Below, in pieces: positions 58,898 through 64,000 of a stretch of DNA of 64,000 nt. The DNA comes from Minisyncoccota bacterium. GTDB taxonomy: Bacteria > Patescibacteriota > Minisyncoccia > UBA6257 > UBA9933. The stretch covers positions 1,398 to 65,397 of the forward strand of contig JBAZEU010000001.1 of the NCBI GenBank assembly GCA_041653755.1, given 5' to 3'. The position numbers were made by a program, and so were the translations under genes. The notes under the pieces are model-generated. The model was not told the DNA's origin and did no database searches. It saw only the letters and a program-made list of their open reading frames with translations. How positions within the stretch are numbered: position 1 is the first letter of the stretch; each line of letters starts with the position of its first letter.

Positions 58898-58926
58898 GTG
58901 ATATATTCTATGCTTCTAAAATATCA

Positions 58927-60393
58927 ATGTCAATCTTAGCCAAAGTAAAACATCTTCTTTTCAGAAATAGGACGGTTGGTCAGACCATTGCTAAGAACAC
59001 TTTTTGGCTAACTTTCGGAGAAATAACAGGCCGGATTTTAAGAACGGGCGTTGTTATTTATGCCGCCAGGGTTTTGGGTGCCGAGGGTTGGGGAGTGTTT
59101 TCTTATGCGATGAGCTTAGCTGCTCTTTTTACAATTTTTTCTGACGTTGGATTAAGCGCGGTTTTAATTCGTGAAGGAGCGAAAAATCCCGAAACCAGAG
59201 AAAAATATTTTGTTACGACTCTTGTGATAAAGTTATTTCTGATAGTTTTTAGTTTCATTGTTGTTATGCTTGGCGCTCCGCACTTTACAAAAATACCGCT
59301 TTCAACCAATCTTTTGCTTTTTATAGCCCTTCTTTTATCATTTGATTCTCTAAGGGGCTTTGGCGTTTCGCTTTTTAGGGCGGTAGAAAAAATGGAAATG
59401 GAGGCTTTTTCTAATATTCTCACACAGGGTGTGATTTTAATTGCTGGGATTTTAATACTTATTTTTTCTCCTTCTCCAGAACATTTAGCTATTACTTACG
59501 CAATAGGCAGTGCAGCGGGGTTGCTATTGACGGTTATTTCTATCTGGCCCTATTTTAAGAAATTTTGGCAACATTTTGATAAAAATTTACTTAAGCCGAT
59601 TTTTAAGGCTGCTTGGCCTTTTGGTGTAGCTGGTCTTATGGGCGCGGTTATGATAAACACCGATACGATTATTATTGGCTGGCTTAAAACAGCGGCAGAT
59701 GTCGGGTATTATTCGGCTGCTCAGAAACCAATACTTTTGTTATATATGCTTCCTTCATTGATTGCTGGCGGATTTTTCCCGGTTTTGGCAAAACTTGCGA
59801 ATAAAGACAATGAAAGATTTAGGTACACTCTGGAAAGAGGATTAGCTTTTGTCTTTCTTTTGGCCATACCTTTTACAGTTGGAATTATTTTAACTTCTGG
59901 TCAGATAATTCATCTTCTTTTCGGAAACGCATATTTTAATTTACCAACCATATTAACGCTTCAGTTTTTAGCCATAACATTGATTACTAATTTCCCAATG
60001 AATTTATTGGTTAATTCTGTTTTTGCGTATGATAGACAAAAAGATTTAATTATTTTTTGGACAATTGGAGCGATTGGCAACGCTGTTTTCGATTTGCTTT
60101 TGATTCCGATTTGGGGAATCGCCGGCGCAGCATTAGCCACGGTTATTATGCAGGCTATTAGTAATGGTTTAATTTGGTGGAAGATGAAAAAAATCAATAA
60201 TTTTTCGGTTTTAAAATATTTTCCGAAAATTATTATTGCGACAATCGTAATGACGATCGTCGTCATTCTTTCGAACCGTTTGAACATGCCGATTTTGGTG
60301 ACTGTACCCGTTGCGGCTATTATCTATCTTTTAACTTTAGTGCTTCTTAAAGAAAAGATGATTCTTCAAATGAAGACCTTGCTTAAAACATGA
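58927..60393 (+). CDS. polysaccharide flippase (Wzx family)
   Basis: IAKNTFWL, ARVLGAEGWG, VGYYSAAQK, LIPIWGIAGAALAT. Confidence 0.92.
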   Translation: MSILAKVKHLLFRNRTVGQTIAKNTFWLTFGEITGRILRTGVVIYAARVLGAEGWGVFSYAMSLAALFTIFSDVGLSAVLIREGAKNPETREKYFVTTLVIKLFLIVFSFIVVMLGAPHFTKIPLSTNLLLFIALLLSFDSLRGFGVSLFRAVEKMEMEAFSNILTQGVILIAGILILIFSPSPEHLAITYAIGSAAGLLLTVISIWPYFKKFWQHFDKNLLKPIFKAAWPFGVAGLMGAVMINTDTIIIGWLKTAADVGYYSAAQKPILLLYMLPSLIAGGFFPVLAKLANKDNERFRYTLERGLAFVFLLAIPFTVGIILTSGQIIHLLFGNAYFNLPTILTLQFLAITLITNFPMNLLVNSVFAYDRQKDLIIFWTIGAIGNAVFDLLLIPIWGIAGAALATVIMQAISNGLIWWKMKKINNFSVLKYFPKIIIATIVMTIVVILSNRLNMPILVTVPVAAIIYLLTLVLLKEKMILQMKTLLKT

Positions 60394-61001
60394 TTACTAT
60401 TATCGATTACAAAACAGGGAATATCGGGTCGATACTTAACATGCTTAAAAAAATTGGTGTAGAGGCCAATATTTCTTCCGACATTAAAGATATTAAAAAA
60501 TCTGACAAATTGATTCTTCCTGGCGTCGGTGCGTTTAACACCGGTATGGAGAATCTTCAACAGCTGGGCTTAATCTCGCTTCTTAACGACGAAGTTATAA
60601 ATCATAAAAAACCGATTTTAGGGCTTTGTCTCGGGATGCAATTACTCGCTCGAAAAAGCGAAGAGGGAAATCTTTTTGGTTTGTCATGGCTTGATGCCGA
60701 AGTGGTAAAATTCAAATTTGATGATAAAAATTTAAAAATTCCTCATATGGGCTGGAATACGATAATTCCAAAGAGACAATCATCGCTTTTAACAGGTCTA
60801 GATTCAGATTATAGATTTTATTTTGTCCACTCATATCATTTCGAATGCAGAGATTCAAAAGATATACTTGCCAATACTTTTTATGGCTATGAATTTCCGT
60901 CAATCGTTCAAAAAGGGAATATTTATGGAGTTCAATTCCATCCTGAAAAAAGCCATAAATTCGGCATGAAATTATTAAAAAATTTTGCGGAGTTTTGCTA
61001 A
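60390..61001 (+). CDS. HisH-like glutamine amidotransferase (glycan-cluster HisH2/WbuY type)
   Basis: ILPGVGAF, GLCLGMQ, PHMGWN, QFHPEKS; glycan-cluster context. Confidence 0.9.
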   Translation: MITIIDYKTGNIGSILNMLKKIGVEANISSDIKDIKKSDKLILPGVGAFNTGMENLQQLGLISLLNDEVINHKKPILGLCLGMQLLARKSEEGNLFGLSWLDAEVVKFKFDDKNLKIPHMGWNTIIPKRQSSLLTGLDSDYRFYFVHSYHFECRDSKDILANTFYGYEFPSIVQKGNIYGVQFHPEKSHKFGMKLLKNFAEFC

Positions 61002-61002
61002 T

Positions 61003-61761
61003 ATGCTTAAAACACGAGTAATTCCTTGTCTTTTGTTGCAAAACGATATTTTAGTAAAAACGATCGGTTTCAAAAATCCGAAGTATATCGGCGATCCGAT
61101 AAACGCTATTAGAATATTTAACGAGAAAGAAGTTGATGAACTGGTTCTTTTGGATGTAACCGCTACAATCGAAAATAAAAAACTGCCGATAAAAATCCTT
61201 GAAAAAATTGCTGCTGAATGTTTTATGCCTCTTGCTTATGGCGGTGGAATAAAAACCATCGAAGAAATCAAGCAGCTTTTTAATTTAGGGATTGAAAAAG
61301 TCGTAATAAACAGTTGCGCTGCGGAAAATCCGGCGTTTATAAAACAGGCGGCTGAAAATTTCGGAAGTCAAAGCATAGTTGTTTCAATTGATGCGCGAAA
61401 AAATGAATTGGGTGCATATGAAGTAATCGCCAGCAGCGGCACTAAGTCGACAGGGAAGAATCCTGTTGATTTTGCGATGGAGATGGCTATGATTGGGGCA
61501 GGGGAAATTTTTCTAAATTCCATTGATAAAGACGGCGCAATGACTGGTTATGACGTTGAATTAATAGAAAAAGTTGCAAAAGCCGTAAATATTCCGGTCA
61601 TCGCTTCAGGCGGAGCCGGAAAAATCGAAGATTTCAAGACGGCAGTTGACGCCGGCGCTTCGGCCGTCGCCGCAGCAAGTATGTTCGTATTCTACGGAAA
61701 GAACCGCGCCGTTTTAATAAGCTATCCGACCCAAGAAGAATTAAAAAAAGTTTTGAGCTAA
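61003..61761 (+). CDS. HisF-like cyclase (HisF2/WbuZ type)
   Basis: RVIPCLL, YIGDPINAIRIFNEKEVDEL, AVLISYP. Confidence 0.9.
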   Translation: MLKTRVIPCLLLQNDILVKTIGFKNPKYIGDPINAIRIFNEKEVDELVLLDVTATIENKKLPIKILEKIAAECFMPLAYGGGIKTIEEIKQLFNLGIEKVVINSCAAENPAFIKQAAENFGSQSIVVSIDARKNELGAYEVIASSGTKSTGKNPVDFAMEMAMIGAGEIFLNSIDKDGAMTGYDVELIEKVAKAVNIPVIASGGAGKIEDFKTAVDAGASAVAAASMFVFYGKNRAVLISYPTQEELKKVLS

Positions 61762-61770
61762 AATTAAACT

Positions 61771-62904
61771 ATGAGAAGAAAATATCAAATTTGTGCGCGT
61801 TGCATAATGGATACGACCGATCCGGAAATTACCTTCGATGAAGATGGCATTTGTAATCATTGTCGGAAATATGATGAACGGGCAAAGAACGAACTTTATT
61901 ACAATATGCCTGATAGCAAAGAAAGGTTGGGACGATTAGTCCAAAAAATAAAAAAAGACGGTGAAGGCAAAGAATATGATTGTATCATCGGCGTAAGCGG
62001 CGGGAGAGATAGCACGACAGTCGCTCATATAATAAAAAAATTGGGGTTGAGACCGCTTGCCGTCCATGTTGATAATGGCTGGGACGCGGAATTGGCCGTG
62101 TCTAATATCGAGAAAACCTTGAAAAACTTAGAAATTGAACTATACACTCGTGTTCTTGATTGGGAAGAATTTAAAGATTTGCAAATTTCATTCTTGAAGG
62201 CCTCAGTCGCAAATTGCGAAATACCGACTGATCACGCCATAGTAGCAACGCTTTACCGGATGGCTGCTCAAAAAAAGATAAAATATATTTTAAGCGGCGG
62301 TAATCTCGTCACCGAGGGCATCATACCGGAAAGTTGGGGTTATGATGCAAAAGATTTAAAACACATAAAAGCCATTCATAAGAAATTTGGAAAGACGTCG
62401 CTTAAAAACTTTCCGACTCTTAGTTTTTTGGATTGGTTTAATTATGTTATCTTAAGGGGCATAAAATTCATCCCGATTTTGAATTACGTCAAATATGACA
62501 AAAAAGAATCGCGTCAAATATTAGAAAAAGAAATTGGCTGGAGGGATTATGGAATTAAACATGGTGAATCAATCTACACTCGATTTTTCCAGAATTATAT
62601 TCTTTTCAGAAAATTCCACTTTGACAAAAGACGAGCTCATTTATCTACGCTTGTTTGCTCAGGTCAGATGACCAGAGATGAAGCGCTTAAGGAAATAAAT
62701 ATCCCGCCGTATCAGACGGAAAAAGAGATGAGGGAAGACAAAGAATATGTCACAAAAAAGTTAGGGGTTACCGAAAAAGAATTCGACGGAATAATGGCTT
62801 TACCGGTCAAAACATATAAAGATTATCCGAATAATCATTTTCTTTTCAACGAACTCAACTTTATCGTTAAATTAATCAAACGAATGGCCACTCGTAATTA
62901 CTAA
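61771..62904 (+). CDS. N-acetyl sugar amidotransferase (WbuX/WbpG-like)
   Basis: CARCIMDT...CNHC, YDCIIGVSGGRDS, DNGW, KHGES. Confidence 0.92.
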   Translation: MRRKYQICARCIMDTTDPEITFDEDGICNHCRKYDERAKNELYYNMPDSKERLGRLVQKIKKDGEGKEYDCIIGVSGGRDSTTVAHIIKKLGLRPLAVHVDNGWDAELAVSNIEKTLKNLEIELYTRVLDWEEFKDLQISFLKASVANCEIPTDHAIVATLYRMAAQKKIKYILSGGNLVTEGIIPESWGYDAKDLKHIKAIHKKFGKTSLKNFPTLSFLDWFNYVILRGIKFIPILNYVKYDKKESRQILEKEIGWRDYGIKHGESIYTRFFQNYILFRKFHFDKRRAHLSTLVCSGQMTRDEALKEINIPPYQTEKEMREDKEYVTKKLGVTEKEFDGIMALPVKTYKDYPNNHFLFNELNFIVKLIKRMATRNY

Positions 62905-62905
62905 G

Positions 62906-64000
62906 ATGAAATTATGCTTTCTGATAAATATTAACGACAATCATTGTAGGAAATGGGTGAATTATTTTGCCGAAAAAGGCCACGAAATTCATGTGATTTC
63001 AGAATCGTCGGATTATATAAACGAGATCAAAAAACCAAATATTAAAATACATTTGCTTAAAAGTTATCGCGTTAAAGCTTTAAGCATAATTTTGAATATA
63101 TCTGCTGCCAGAAGATTAATAAAGGAGATAAATCCTGATATTCTACATGCGCTTTATGCCGGTGTAAGCGGTATGCTCGGGTCTTTAAGTGATTTTCATC
63201 CTTTCCTACTAACTACTTTCGGATCAGATATTCTTATTAATTCGAAAGCAAAGTTATTAAAACCTTCCATAAAGTTCATGTTAAATAAGGCCGATTTGAT
63301 AACTTGTAATGGGCAAATGCTTTTCGATGAATTATTAAAGCTTGGAATAAAAACTCAAAAAATAAGATATATTTATTGGGGGACTGATACTAAAAAATTT
63401 AGCCCTGGACCAAGGAAAAAAGAGATTAGAGAAGAACTTCATGTATTTGATTCCCCCATGATAATAAGCTTAAGGAACTTTGAACCCGTATATGACATTG
63501 AAACTTTAATCAAAGCCGTACCAATCGTTTTACAGTCTAGCCCCGATGTAAAATTTGTAATAGCTGGAGACGGTTCTTTGAAAAATAAACTTGTTGATAT
63601 GGCAAAAGACTTGGGTGTTATCGGAAATATCAGATTTGTCGGTTGGCTTCAATACGAAAAACTTCCAGATTATTTAAGGTCTGCTGATGTCTATGTTTCT
63701 ACCTCTTTGTCAGATGGCGATTTAGCGCAAAGCACCCAGCAAGCGATGGCATGCAATGTGCCGATAGTAACTAACGATTTAATAGTTAATACAAACAGAA
63801 TAAATGACGGGGAAAACGGTTTTATCTTTCCGACAAAAGATTATCGTCTTTTAGCGGAAAAAATTATAATATTATTGAAAAATAATGATCTTAGGGTTAA
63901 AATGGGTGAGGCTGGAAGAAGGACAATTGATGAAAATCTTAATTATTATAAAAATATGGAAGAAGCAGAAAATCTCTATAACGAATTGAATAGAAATAAA
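62906..64000 (+). CDS. glycosyltransferase family 4 (runs off the window end)
   Basis: GHEIHVIS, PDILHA, TTFGSDI, IAGDGS, ADVYVSTSLSDG...AMAC; no stop before 64000. Confidence 0.88.
   Translation, partial: MKLCFLININDNHCRKWVNYFAEKGHEIHVISESSDYINEIKKPNIKIHLLKSYRVKALSIILNISAARRLIKEINPDILHALYAGVSGMLGSLSDFHPFLLTTFGSDILINSKAKLLKPSIKFMLNKADLITCNGQMLFDELLKLGIKTQKIRYIYWGTDTKKFSPGPRKKEIREELHVFDSPMIISLRNFEPVYDIETLIKAVPIVLQSSPDVKFVIAGDGSLKNKLVDMAKDLGVIGNIRFVGWLQYEKLPDYLRSADVYVSTSLSDGDLAQSTQQAMACNVPIVTNDLIVNTNRINDGENGFIFPTKDYRLLAEKIIILLKNNDLRVKMGEAGRRTIDENLNYYKNMEEAENLYNELNRNK

Noticed and set aside
60390-61761. Histidine biosynthesis (hisH/hisF)
   Set aside because: They sit between a flippase and a sugar amidotransferase with no other his genes, which fits glycan-modification paralogs.

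Overview
This is a 64 kb bacterial chromosome segment. Gene content and style (rpsO-NYN-pnp, CxxC-x17-CxxC protein, pilin/LamG and S-layer-like proteins, mostly leaderless genes, tRNAs without encoded CCA) suggest a Patescibacteria/CPR (Parcubacteria-like) genome; that assignment is an inference. Bases 1-16.2 kb form a mosaic accessory island with all intact genes on the + strand. It carries a PD-(D/E)XK nuclease, a type II R-M pair, a TIGR02391 protein, a PHP-ATPase, a pilin-LamG protein, a deaminase, pyrF/pyrE-like genes and orphan nucleases, and it ends at a Xer-type tyrosine recombinase. The island is punctuated by a repeated palindromic site (consensus AAGATAAG-N9-CTTATCTT), orphan protein C-terminal tails, tRNA 3' fragments and a two-copy structured leader in front of unrelated cargo genes. 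Bases 17-48 kb are mostly housekeeping (rpsO, pnp, nusA, clpP, trpS, rnj, secG, gpmI, rny, HU, ECF sigma, glyA, folD, recA, ftsK, clpB, three tRNAs), interrupted by small self-contained ORFan cassettes with boxA-like leaders. Bases 48.5-64 kb encode surface proteins and glycosylation functions (S-layer-like proteins, two O-antigen-ligase-family proteins, Wzx, HisH2/HisF2/amidotransferase, GT4). All calls come from reading the sequence by eye; no database searches were run.
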